DNA of 64,000 bases, from assembly GCA_964016885.1 (NCBI GenBank), contig OZ024746.1, positions 56,358,001 to 56,422,000 on the forward strand, given 5' to 3'. The notes beneath the pieces are model-generated. The model did not search any database, was not told the origin of the DNA, and saw only the letters and a program-made list of their open reading frames with translations. The stretch is from Eledone cirrhosa (lineage: Eukaryota). The first letter of the stretch is position 1. Every line of letters starts with the position of its first letter. Positions 1 through 12,679 of this stretch are shown here, piece after piece. Made by a program: the position numbers and the translations under genes.

Positions 1-1143
1 AATATAGTTATAAGAACAACCCCACTAGAGAGCACTAACAAGTTTGATTTAGAGCGTAGCACGATGGAAAGCATCCAGCAGATAGCTAATTCCATACACC
101 AGAGTATAACTGTAACTATCGACTTCCCTTCCAAACACCCTAACAATAGACTACCTGTATTAGACACATAACTCTGGATTAACACTATAGGCCAGAGAGC
201 CCAAATTCTCCACTCACACTATGCTAAACCTATGACCTCCAAATACCTGATACTCAAAAACTCAGCAATGTCCGGTAGTGCTAAGTTTAATATTCTGATC
301 GCAGATTTGATACGAGTGATGAAGAATGTGTCCCGCATGTGCGACCAAACAGAAATGGAAAGACACATCCAACACTTCATCAACCGCATGCAGTTCTCTG
401 GCTACAACCAAAGAGACAGAGTCAGAATATACGAACGAGCCATGGAAAAGTATAAGACCCTCATAGAATTGGACATGAAAAAAATTTGCCCATTATAAAG
501 GAGCAAATCATGGAATAGCTTAGATAGGGCTAGACATAAGATAGGGAAAGCCAGCTCATGGTACGACAACCAGAGATACCAGAGTGTCATGTTTGTGGAC
601 GCCACCCCTGGAGGGAAATAAGCTAACCAGTTTAGAAAGGCCCTGTGAAAGACCCACTTAAAAATAAAGGTGGTTGAAAAGCCAGGAACAACCATAAAAT
701 CCCTGATCAGCAAAACCTACCCTTTTAAGAAAACCCACTGTACCAATAGGAAATGTATCATATGTAAGGTGAACCCCCGGATAAACTGTAAAACTAGAAA
801 CGTAGTCTATAGCATAAGATGTACAGAGGGTACTTGCAGAAACATGACAACAACATACATAGGTGAGACAGCTCGTAGCATAGGTGAAATGATAGACCAA
901 CACTGGGGGGAACTAAAAGGACGAAAAAACGGGTCAGTACTATACGAACACGCTAGACAACAACATGACGGTAACATAGACAACATAGAAAATAGAATAA
1001 TATCTAAACATAGAAATGACCCAGCAGATAGGCAAATCAGAGAGACCGGTGAAATAGAAATTAGAAGACCGAAGCTAAACAGAAAGAATGAATGGAATAA
1101 CAACAACAACCAAACAAACAACACTAACCTCAGAGAAGTATAA
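1..1143 (+). pseudogene. Penelope-like element, C-terminal RT/thumb + Cys linker + GIY-YIG endonuclease (in-frame stops; 5' part outside window)
   Basis: Translates DFPSKHPNNRLPVLD (RT end), CTNRKCIIC...C linker, VVYSIRC...YIGETARS (GIY-YIG), EHARQQH, LNRKNEW; stops near 169, 496 and 646. Confidence 0.88.
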
Positions 1144-1367
1144 ATAAGTAAATAAAATAAGATAAATAAATAAATACATACACAAGCACAATAACAACAA
1201 GCACATAAACACACTCTAGTCACCCATCACACAGCAAACATAACACTATACACACACGCAAACGCATGCGCAAAGAAGACGAAATAAAACAAACAAACAA
1301 GCAAATAAATAAATAAATATATAGACATACTGAATAACAATACAACACAACAGGAGGAAAATATAAC

Positions 1368-1404
1368 ACCACTGACGATGTTGCAGATGAGCAACGAAAG
1401 ATTT
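1368..1404 (+). ncRNA. Partial hammerhead ribozyme motif in the 3' repeat of the PLE
   Basis: CTGACGA-T-GTTGC-agatga-GCAAC-GAAA (core + perfect stem II); stems I and III not recognisable. Confidence 0.5.
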
Positions 1405-1694
1405 ATGATAAACTATATATATGTGTTTGTGTCTATATAGTATCTGTATTATTTTTCACCGGCGGTCAGTCAATGGCAACTTTGAAGACCGAGTAAGTTA
1501 GATTACCGATATAAAAGACAGCGAGAAGCGAAAACCAACCAAAACAGTGAGTGTGTTCTGCTATTAATTCTGGCAATATTACACAAATATGACCCTCCCC
1601 AAGTATAACAATATTTGTTTCGACACACGATTTCATATAAAAAACCTCGCAAAACTAATTCATCGCCGCTATAAATATATATATAATAAATAAA

Positions 1695-1735
<41 letters not shown>

Positions 1736-1758
1736 ATATATATATATATATGTGTGTG

Positions 1759-1794
<36 letters not shown>

Positions 1795-1862
1795 TATATA
1801 TATATATATGTGTGTGTATAAATATATATATATATATATATATATAAATTTATCAGAAGAGT

Positions 1863-1960
<98 letters not shown>

Positions 1961-2060
1961 CATAAGGAAAGTATATACTTTCAGACGTTCAAACATCTGG
2001 CAGGAAGGTATACGATGCTGAGGGTATGTCAATATTTATTTATGAAACTGATCTATATTA

Positions 2061-2125
2061 TATTTTGTCTGATGAAAGCACACCATAATTTAACTTGGTG
2101 TCCTTGAAATATGTATAATGAAATA
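2061..2125 (+). ncRNA. Type I hammerhead ribozyme
   Basis: TATTTTGT-CTGATGA-AAGcACACCA...TGGTGTcCTT-GAAA-TATGTA-TA-ATGAAATA; homologous copy at 9681-9746 (-). Confidence 0.7.
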
Positions 2126-2255
2126 AATATGGTTTTATAAATATAGTTTCCATTTGTTTATATCGTATGTTTACTCCAAATACTTGTTGAGTGCTTTGTA
2201 TCAGTTATAAAAATATTTGCTTGTTGTATCCCAACAATTTAAATAGAACTTTTGC

Positions 2256-2327
<72 letters not shown>

Positions 2328-2350
2328 CTATGTAGTTACCTATATTTATA

Positions 2351-2490
<140 letters not shown>

Positions 2491-2544
2491 TTTATATATA
2501 TATATATATATAAATATTTATATATATATATATATATAAATATT

Positions 2545-2577
<33 letters not shown>

Positions 2578-2579
2578 AT

Positions 2580-2612
<33 letters not shown>

Positions 2613-2629
2613 GTATTTATATATATATA

Positions 2630-3235
2630 TGGTAACATGGCTACTCTGGTACTAGTAACATGTATCCCAGTACAACCTGTCCCATGGTCGGGTCGTTGGC
2701 GACTAAACTGGCAACCCCAGCAAGTTTTCTTGGTGAGGTGTGTGACTTTGGACATCCTGCAGGACTAAAAACAAAACCTGTGAAAGGGCAAAGGAACTCT
2801 TAAGAGTCAATGGCCATCCAAAATCACCGGGAGAGATGACCCCTTAGCCTTTGTCAAGGCAGGATTCTAGGAGAAGGAAAACTCTGATATAACACCTGCA
2901 ACTCTGATGGTATCCAATGATGTTGACTTGTTCTTCTTTTTGGTAAATATTATCTTGGTTAAGAGAGTGGGACTGGCTTTGTGCAGTGCCTTTGCTCACT
3001 ATAAAAGCTTCACGGCACAGGCATTGCTTTATATCCGGAGATCTCGCTGCACTTGTTGTCATATGGTACCATGGGCCCAGCACTATGCCACAATAATTGT
3101 CACAAGTATAGTGTTTGTACAAGGATTTTCAAATAGCTGGTTGGACTAAACTGTCACACTAGTTCAGCGCATCGGTAGGGGTTCTCCTACATGGATATAA
3201 AATAGTGGCCGTACTCGAAAACGCGTTGGCAGCCA

Positions 3236-3238
<3 letters not shown>
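2630..3238 (+). mobile_element. ~600-bp non-coding dispersed element in (TA)n, resembling an RTE-LINE 5' UTR
   Basis: Close copy at 30755-31350 (-), fragment at 60148-60272 (-), diverged relative at 62762-63106; contains CTAGGAGAAGGAAAACTCTGA, which I recall from RTE 5' UTRs. Confidence 0.75.
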
Positions 3239-3296
<58 letters not shown>

Positions 3297-3890
3297 TAAA
3301 CGGAAGGTAAAATGATGACAAATTGTTCACAGTTGAAAAATGGTTTAATTAGGAATAAAAGAGTATTAGTGATTGTATGGGTTAGTATTCAGTTGTGGTT
3401 TTAAGTTTTTAAGTCTTTACCGGTTGCGCATTTCTAAATGCTTTTCAAAAATAATTTTGAGATAGAGTGTCCGTGCTGTTTGCTCTGATCTGATTAGTTT
3501 TGGGAATTCTACCTGTTTTTATGTTAAAAAAGTGGCTCCAGCGTTATTTTTGTGTTGCAAAAATTCTTGTGGTCAAAACAATTTTGATTGGTCGGTAGAG
3601 GTCATGTGAATGTAAAAAGTTGATTTTGCGCCAAGACTGTTTTTATGTTAAAAAAGTGGCTCCAGCAAAAATTCTTGGTCAAAACAATTTTGATTGGTCG
3701 GTAGAGGTCACTTAAAACCACAACTGAATACTAACCCATACAATCACTAATACTCTTTTATTCCTAATTAAACCATTTTTCAACTGTGAACAATTTGTCA
3801 GCATTTTCTATTCCGTTTACCAATATATAATAACTTGTGTGTTACATCTCTATTCTTTTACCTATCATATCCTCACACGAGATACAGAAA

Positions 3891-6800
3891 ATGCCAACAA
3901 AAACGGATACAACCCTCATCAACTCAAATGAAGAGATCCTACAGGAACTCAAGAAAATCAACACCAACCTATCTTTGCTGGTCGACAAACTTGACTCCAC
4001 AAATAAGGAAACCGCCACCGGATACAAACCCTCCGAAATAGGCGACAAACTACAAAACCTTTGCGATACTATCCAAACTCTGTTCACTACTACCAACCCA
4101 GGAAAAACCAACGAAGAACCATGTGAGATTGATTCACACAAAATGAAAATTCGAACAATTTCAAAATGGAACAAATCCCTCAGAGACAGAAAGTTCTCAT
4201 TCTGGAAGATGATACAAAATCACAACAAAGCAGAGATATATGAAAAATGGCTTAACTCAACCCCTCTAACTCTCCCCCGTAAACTACAAATAAAGTCCAT
4301 TCCAAATGAACCCGAACCACAAAGACACCTTAGGGAAAGAATGGCATTGGAAAAAATGAAGACAGAAATTGAACTTCTTAAACTGAGGGCCCAGACAAAT
4401 GAGGAAAAATCAAAACCATCGATGAAGAGATCCTCCTGGAAATCAACAACATAACTGAAGGCCCCAAGGTAGAGAAGATCTCCAAATTATGTAAAAGGGA
4501 CTGCCACAGAGAAGAACTGAAATCCCTTCAACGCTGGGAAAAAAGTGCCGCTTGGTTCCTACACTATGAATCGACTTTTCAAACGGATTACACCTCCAAT
4601 AACCCGTTCATAAAAATAGGAAAACCCATAACTGAACCGCACAACAACTTCTCAAACCCCGAAGCCTCTAACAAATGAACAAGGAAGCACCACACCGAAG
4701 GTGAACTTCCCAACCTCGCTACCATAAGAAGGAACAAAAACCCAAGAAATCATCTCCCCCAGAATGACATTTACAACTTTCCCCCTTCAAGGAGACACCA
4801 TACCAAATCACTCAACTACTACGCGGATTCCTCATCGTCAAACATAGGGAAAAGATACCACCGCCATGATAGATGCAACAACTTCCCCGCTTCAAGGGGA
4901 CAGCAAGGTAATTACCATTTTCTCAAATCTCACTTCCACAATACACAACAAACCCACACCACACGATACAACCATCAACGTAGGCCACTTATAACACCAC
5001 AATACAACATGGCACATAGAAACACACACCCATACTCGCAGTACAGGAACACCCCATTCAATCTACAACCACCAACCAAAACCACATTTTACAACAACAA
5101 AGAATATAACAAACACAGGAGACCACTTAACATCAGCAGACAACCCCTCTACCCCAACCATTTTTTAGACAGAGCACACAGATACAGGCAAAAAAAATAA
5201 CACAAGACAGGGAGGAGAAACCGATAGTAATAAAAATTATCAATCTTAATAGTGCAGAACCAACACCCAACATTAGCAACTTACTCTCCAAAGGTCTTAA
5301 ATTCACACCGACCCCACTACGTCCTAACTACTATGAAGTGAAGGAAGATATCACAGACTTCTGTAGAAAGTTACGACTTAGTGAACAACTATTCGACCAG
5401 TACAATGAGGATGAATCATTAGCCAGAAATAGAAGCAATTACACCCCTTCAAAAGGTAGAAATAAAATCATGGACGAATTCTGTGAACACATCACAAAAT
5501 TCCCTTACCAACACTTGCACAGACAAAAACACAAGCCAAACCTCAACAAGAAAGAATGGGAAGAATTAAATAGATTAAAAACCGACAGAACCATTACAAT
5601 TAAAGAGGCTTATAAAGGGAGTACAGTAGTCCTAATGGAGACAGAATTCTATATCAACTTAGCGCTCTCCACTTTGGAAAACGAAACATACTACGAAAAG
5701 GCTGAACACTACAATCAACAGAAAATTATGAGAAACCTAAAAACTCTAATCAACCAATACAAAGAAGGACACACTAACAAGGAATTCAGCTTCATCACAT
5801 ACTTCACAAGTAAATCCAGCCTTTTCTACGGTATCCCTAAAGTACATAAAAGCGAATCAATAAGTAAGGCATGCAAGGAAGCGACAGACATAGTCATCAA
5901 TGTCCCCTCACCCAATGATCTCAAATTAAGACCTATAATAGCAGGCCCCGCTTGCGAAACGCACCGTCTTAGCAACTTCATTGATACCCTTCTCAAATCC
6001 TTCCTCAAGCACATCAAAAGCTATATAAGGGACGACCTAGATATGCTCAATCACCTCCCTAATATGCCACTTTCTGAACAAACCCTACTAGTGACGTTCG
6101 ATGTAGTCAACCTATACTCCAACATTCCCCACAACCTAGGAATAGAAGCTATCCAATTCTGGCTGGATAATTTCCACAATGAACTCCCACAACGCATCAA
6201 AAAAGAATTCGTGATAGAGGGACTCAAGTTTATCTTGGAGAACAATTACTTCGTTTTCAATAACAAACCCTACAGGCAGAAATCTGGGACCGCTATGGGA
6301 ACGAAAACAGCCCCTACTTATGCCAACCTAGTCATGGGATACCTGTAAATCACCCTCTACACTAAAGTCCTAAACACATTTGGAAACACCCTCCACTTAC
6401 ACATTGAAAGGAACTGGAAGCGATATCTAGATGACTGCTTCATCCTTTGGCACGAAAACATCGAAAAACTTAAAGCATTTCACACCCTTATAAATGGGCT
6501 CAACACAAATATTAACTTCACGATGGAATACAGCCATCAAAAACTCCCCTTCCTCGACATCCTCATTAAGATCCATAACAAAAAAATAGAAACAGACATA
6601 TACTACAAGCCCACAGACTCCAAGCAATATCTCCCCTTCAACTCTTGCCACCCTAGACACGTTAAAATTAATATTCCCTACAACTTAGCCAAGAGAATCT
6701 GTACTATAGTCTCCAATAAAAACATCTGCTACTTACGGCTACAAGAACTAAAGGACATACTCATAGGCAGGGACTACCCTGCATCACTAATTCTCAATGG

Positions 6801-7410
6801 AATCCAACGTGCCCTAAAACTCAGTACCCAGGACCTTAGACACCCTAAAGTAAATCAACCAAAACTAAAAGCTCTTCCATACATCTCCACACACAACCCC
6901 CTCAACAATGAGGCCTTTGACACCATCCTCCAGAACATCCCTGTATTGAAAAGGGACCAAAGAATGAACCAAATTCTACGAACACACGATATCGTAAAGA
7001 GCAAAAGACAATCCAAGTCAATGAAAAACATCTTAACACATGCCACAACAACGAAACCCACAGTAAAAAAATGCGATAGACCCAACTGTCGCATTTGCAT
7101 CAACCTAATAGAGGGTTCGGAATTCTATTTCAAAGATGGACAACGTTTTATAGTAAAACACAATTTCACATGTGCATCGGAAAATCTAATATATGTATTA
7201 ATTTGTTCAGGTTGTCGAGAAAAATACATAGGCCAGACCAAATACAGCCTCCGCCAACGCATGACTGTCCATAGATCCCAAATTAAAATACGGGAATACA
7301 GGAAAATACCACTGAGTGAACACATTGATACCTGTGCCGCCCAAAATCATCCCAACTTCAGAATCTTTCCCCTCTACAAATGTAAAGATAATGCCACCCA
7401 CACCCAGCGC
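3891..7410 (+). pseudogene. PLE polyprotein: long N-terminus, RT, Cys linker, GIY-YIG (frameshifts and stops)
   Basis: LSKGLKFTP, FYGIPKVHK, LRPIIAG, TFDVVNLYSNIPH, GTAMGTKTAPTYANL, RYLDDCF, LPFLD, CDRPNCRIC, NLIYVLICSGC..YIGQT. Confidence 0.93.
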
Positions 7411-7717
7411 ATGGTGCAATACAAAGAAATATATGTGCATATATATGTATGTATATATGTATATATATATATATGTAGTGAATATATGTATGTGTATATA
7501 TATATAGTGAATATCATTTCACACCTTTTATTGTTAAGATTTTTGATGTTCTATTAAGAGAACCGATTTTACTGAAAAAATCGAATAACGTACACCATTT
7601 TACCAGGGGGAAAAAAATACTGGTCCACCCACACATACACACACACACACGCACACACACACACACACATATATACACAAACACATACACACGCGTACAT
7701 CAACATACAAAGAGACT

Positions 7718-7780
<63 letters not shown>

Positions 7781-8130
7781 ATCTTAATAGCCATTTGACA
7801 CACATCGCTGCTGGCCATTGTCGCAGCATCGAACACCTTACTACTACTACTACACACACACACACACACATACACACACATACACACACACACACACACA
7901 CATACACACACACACACACATATTTGTTGTGAAAGAGTCATTTCTCAATCTTGGCGCAAAACCAATTTTTTATTCACATGACCTCTACCGACCAATCAAA
8001 ATTGTTTTGACCACAAGAATTTTTGCAACACAAAAATAACGCTGGAGCCACTTTTTTAACATAAAAACAGGTAGAATTCCCAAAACTAATGAGATCAGAG
8101 CAAACAGCACGGACACTCTATCTCAAAATT

Positions 8131-8169
8131 ATTTTTGAAAAGCATTTAGAAATGCGCAACCGGTAAAAA
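8131..8169 (+). ncRNA. Non-canonical hammerhead-like motif in the pLTR (also 3413-3452, -)
   Basis: TTT-TTGAAAA-GCATTT-ag-AAATGC-GCAA-CCGG-TA-AAA: U3/A8 core, palindromic CCGG, but GCAA instead of GAAA. Confidence 0.5.
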
Positions 8170-8325
8170 GTTAAAAACTTAAAACCACAACTGAATACTA
8201 ACCCATACAATCACTAATACTCTTTTATTCCTAATTAAACCATTTTTCAACTGTGAACAATTTGTCAGCATTTTCTATTCCGTTTACCAATATATAATAA
8301 CTTGTGTGTTACACCTCTATTCTTT

Positions 8326-8386
<61 letters not shown>

Positions 8387-8399
8387 ATATATATTTATG

Positions 8400-8474
<75 letters not shown>

Positions 8475-8542
8475 TCAATGTTTAGCAAACAAGAAAAAGT
8501 GTTTGAATCAATTTAAAAAAATGCACTGTGCCTGCTGTAGAT

Positions 8543-8628
8543 ACCTTTACCGTACGGTTTCAAGTCTCAAAAATAAATGGATAGTCCTTCCAGACATCCA
8601 TTAAAAAGAAAGACTCTCGTCAGAAGGT
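8543..8628 (-). ncRNA. Type I hammerhead ribozyme
   Basis: Minus strand: ACCTT-CTGACGA-gAGTCTT...GAGACTt-GAAA-CCGTACGG-TA-AAGGT; the second copy (9208-9288) has lost the 3' strand of stem I. Confidence 0.85.
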
Positions 8629-8847
8629 TCTTCTCCCTCGGAGAATATAAAATTCTCGAGTTCAAATTACCAACTGGCGCTATTCAACTTTTTTCCCTAA
8701 ATGAGAGTGAATGATATAGAATCAATTCTGTCCATTGCCGTGTGCAAAGATAGAAGGCAGAGGCGGAAAAGACAATCCATTGCCACTAGAAATAGCAGCA
8801 GACAAAACGACCAAAATGTTATCTCGACCCGGGGAGATTAATAATAA

Positions 8848-9027
8848 TTGTTTCTACTTTAGGCACAAGGCCAGCAATTACCCAGTGCGTTACTGGTACT
8901 TTATTTCATCGACCCCGTAAGGATGAAAGGCAAAGTCAACCTCGGCGGGATTTGAACTCAGATCGTAAAGGGACGTAACTATGCTGGAAAGCATGGCGTC
9001 CGACCCTCTACCGATACTGCCAATCCA
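8848..9027 (-). mobile_element. tRNA-headed SINE with 13-bp TSD
   Basis: A box TGGCAGTATCGG, B box GAGTTCAAATCC, core GACTTTGCCTTTCATCCTTACGGGGTCGAT (Meta-SINE-like); TSD AGATTAATAATAA at 8835-8847 and 9028-9040; empty site near 9495. Confidence 0.92.
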
Positions 9028-9569
9028 AGATTAATAATAATAAAGTATATATCCCTACATGCAAAATACTTATAGGGACACATGCATTATCCAACCATAT
9101 GCCAATGTGGTTCTGTGGCAGGTTAATAAATTAACAAGCCGGAACTTATATAATCAAAGTTTAGCAAATAAGAAAAAGTTTCAAAATACATTTTTAAAAA
9201 TTCACTGTACCGTACGGTTTCAAGTCGCAAAAATAAATCAATAATCCTTATGGACATCCACTGAAAAGAAAGACCCTCGTCAGAAGGTTCTTTTCACTCG
9301 GAGAATATGAAATTCCCGAGTTGAAATTACGAATTGGCGCTATTCGAAATTGTTCCCGAGATGAGAATGAATGATATAGAAGCAATTCTGTCCTGTGCCG
9401 TGTACATAGTTGGAAGGCAGAGGCGGAAAGGTCAATCCACTGCCACTAGAAATAGTAGCAGTCGAAACGAACAAAATGTTATCTCGGCTAGGGTAGATTA
9501 ATAATAATAAAGTATATATCCCTACATGCAAAATACATATAGGGACACATGAATTATCCAACCATATGC

Positions 9570-9636
<67 letters not shown>

Positions 9637-9680
9637 TACAATATATTAACAAATGGAAACTATATTTATAAAACCATATT

Positions 9681-9746
9681 TATTTCATTATACATATTTC
9701 AAGGGCCACCAGAGCAAACTAAGTTGCGCTTTCATCAGATAAAATA
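9681..9746 (-). ncRNA. Type I hammerhead ribozyme (same family as 2061-2125)
   Basis: Minus strand: TATTTTAT-CTGATGA-AAG...CTT-GAAA-TATGTA-TA-ATGAAATA, inside a repeat 9645-9790 homologous to 2022-2160. Confidence 0.65.
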
Positions 9747-9837
9747 TAATATAGGTTAGTTTTATAAATAAATATTGACGTACCCTTAACAAATGCAACC
9801 ATTCTGGTTGGAATCTCTTGGATAGTTGGAATCTCCT

Positions 9838-9889
<52 letters not shown>

Positions 9890-10375
9890 TTAAGGATACT
9901 ATTTATGGTTATGTATATAATAAAACCTTTTATAGTTATATATATTTTAAACTCTAAATAGTGAAAGACAGTAATTCATTACGGGCTTATATATCGTACA
10001 GGTGTGTGTGAAATATGCTTTAACAATACAGCCCCCGTGATGCTATTGATTGCCGTCTTTAACTGCTTGTTGTAGATGTATCAATCTGCCCAAATATAAA
10101 TAAGACACGCGTGCATGCCACACGTGAGACTGTTTCGTACACTGACTACTCAGTGTACGAAACAGTCTTTTCTCTTGCTTTATCTTCATAAACTGCCAAT
10201 GTTTAATTTTAATTTTTTTTTTTTTTTTTTTTTAACTTTAATATGACTGTATGTAATTTGCTATTATTGTATTATTATGATGGATGTCAACCCACTGTGG
10301 GTCAATATATACATATGTTTTGTATATGTCTCTTGTGTTGAAAAGGAGGTCAAGTATGTAAAAATCACTAAACAG

Positions 10376-10424
10376 TTGCTCCGAAGAATCCAAACCTCGG
10401 TTTGGAGGAAACAATTGTAAGCAA
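10376..10424 (+). ncRNA. Type I hammerhead ribozyme, CCGAAGA core variant
   Basis: TTGCT-CCGAAGA-aTCCAAACC-tc-GGTTTGGAg-GAAA-CAATTG-TA-AGCAA; all three stems pair. Confidence 0.78.
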
Positions 10425-10460
10425 ATAAATGATTTAAATTGAACTTTGATTCATGTAATT

Positions 10461-10528
<68 letters not shown>

Positions 10529-10539
10529 GTGATATAAAA

Positions 10540-10675
10540 TGGCTTCTACATGACTAGATTTCCTCATGATTTCCTTCGAATAAAGCAGTTCTAGTCAAGC
10601 AGAAGCCAATTGTATGTTAAGCAATATATACCCTACTATGTATGGAGCACCTTACTCACCGTGATTACCATCTAT
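10540..10675. repeat. Short foldback repeat, same family as 62500-62695
   Basis: GGCTTCTACATGACTAGA...TCTAGTCAAGCAGAAGCC hairpin; tail 10625-10670 is the reverse complement of 62521-62565. Confidence 0.7.
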
Positions 10676-10716
10676 TGTACACAGTACACAAACACACAGA
10701 CAGACACACATATATA

Positions 10717-11050
<334 letters not shown>

Positions 11051-11059
11051 TATCTTTAT

Positions 11060-12465
11060 ATATACATATATATATATATATATGAAATTCATAAATTTTG
11101 TATTTATTTAATAAGATATTTATTTGAGGTGTTATATTTAGTTAATTAGATTCAATATTGTTCGTTTTTTATTTAATGCTGTGTTTACTTTGATATTTAT
11201 TTATTCAGTAACTTACTTTTCGTTCATTTATTTAAAAGTTCTATATTTCTCCTTTCGTTATTTATTCATTCACTTATTCACTTCGCTATCCATATATTCA
11301 TTTCCTTATATAGGCATTTACGTTCTTATATATGTATTATTTAATATGCTATTATTTCGTAATATATTCGTATTGTTATGTTTGTTAGATATTTAACTAT
11401 TTCGTTAGCTGTTTATTCATTTGTGAAATCCTGAATCCTGTATCTTTTTAGTAATTCATTTCTATATGCATGTATTAGACTATGTATTTACTTATATAAT
11501 TGCTTATTTTGTTATTAGTATGACGTTTCTTAATTACATATATGTTCGTTAATATAATATTTTGTTAATTATTATATTTTTTAGTTATTTCCTAAATTAT
11601 TTAGTTTTATGTATATTTCGTTATTCATTTTACAGTTCGTTATTTCGTTATTTATTCATTTATATATTTAATTAAATATATATTTCGTTATTTATTAAAT
11701 TATCAATTTATGACATTATTTATATAATTTCATGTTTTATTATTTGTTTATTTATTTACTTGTTTCTTTATTTTTACACATTGCTTGATTAATTATTTAT
11801 ATATTTCGTTAATTTATTCATTTATTTAATTCTTTATTATTTCCTTAATTTATTTATTTATTTACTCATTATTATTTCAGTGTTTTATTTTGTCATTTAG
11901 TTCAATATTTAATTATTCACTGATTTATTTCACATTTTTATTCATTTAGTTTCTAAACCATCCAACGATTACCTTATATATTTAGTTACTTATATCCTTG
12001 TCGTATTCATTATTTATCCATTCATTTAAATACTTCGTTTCTTATTCCTATTTTTGTAATTCCATTATCTCTGATTTCATTGTTTTATTTCTATCTGAAT
12101 TTCGTGATTTAGGTCGTTATTATTTTATTATTTATATCAGTATTTATTAATTATTTTATATTAGGTTTTTATTTCTAATTTCCTACTTAGTTTTATATTT
12201 ATACATCCATTTATATTTATACATTCGTTATGTCGTTAATTATCCGATCTTTTAAATTTCTTTGTTAATCGCTAGTTCAATCCTTATACATTTCGTCCTT
12301 TCTCTATTCAGTTTTATTGCTTATTTTAATTAATTTCTTGTTTTGTTTTATATTTATGCCTATTGTTATTTCATAATTTATTTGCATACTTCCATATTTA
12401 TTCATTCATTTATTCATTTCATTATCTAATATTTTATTTATTCATTTAATTAGCTATTTATTAAT
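11060..12465. repeat. T-rich low-complexity tract / degenerate satellite
   Basis: Recurrent TTTCGTTATTTATTCATT-like words and strong T skew. Confidence 0.6.
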
Positions 12466-12679
12466 GCAAGGCTATCTCAGGACAATAATTATTTGATATA
12501 TCTTTCACTGGGACCATAAGTATAGTTTTATATGGTGTATGAAAATATGAAGTTAGATGATTTGCCGTTAGAACCCTCTCTTGGGTACTAACGGTTAGAT
12601 GATTTGCCCTTAGTACCCTCTCTTAAGACCAGAGATCCTAAACTCCGCCAGTTGCAGACTGCGCAATAATACATGATAT

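Larger units (their letters stand above)
3293..8327 (+). mobile_element. Near full-length Penelope-like element (Neptune-like) with inverted 5' pLTR and direct 3' pLTR
   Basis: 3293-3633 is the reverse complement of the 3' repeat 7940-8290; 3711-3858 is a direct copy of 8178-8327; both ends abut (TA)n. Confidence 0.92.
8471..9571 (-). repeat. Tandem dimer of a ~480-bp hammerhead-containing unit (retrozyme/pLTR-like)
   Basis: 8471-9149 (including an inserted SINE) is repeated at 9150-9571. Confidence 0.85.

Noticed and set aside
2844-3149. Near-identical 80-92 aa ORFs here and at 30844-31149
   Set aside because: The similarity comes from a dispersed repeat; no recognisable domain, and the frames are not kept in the diverged relative
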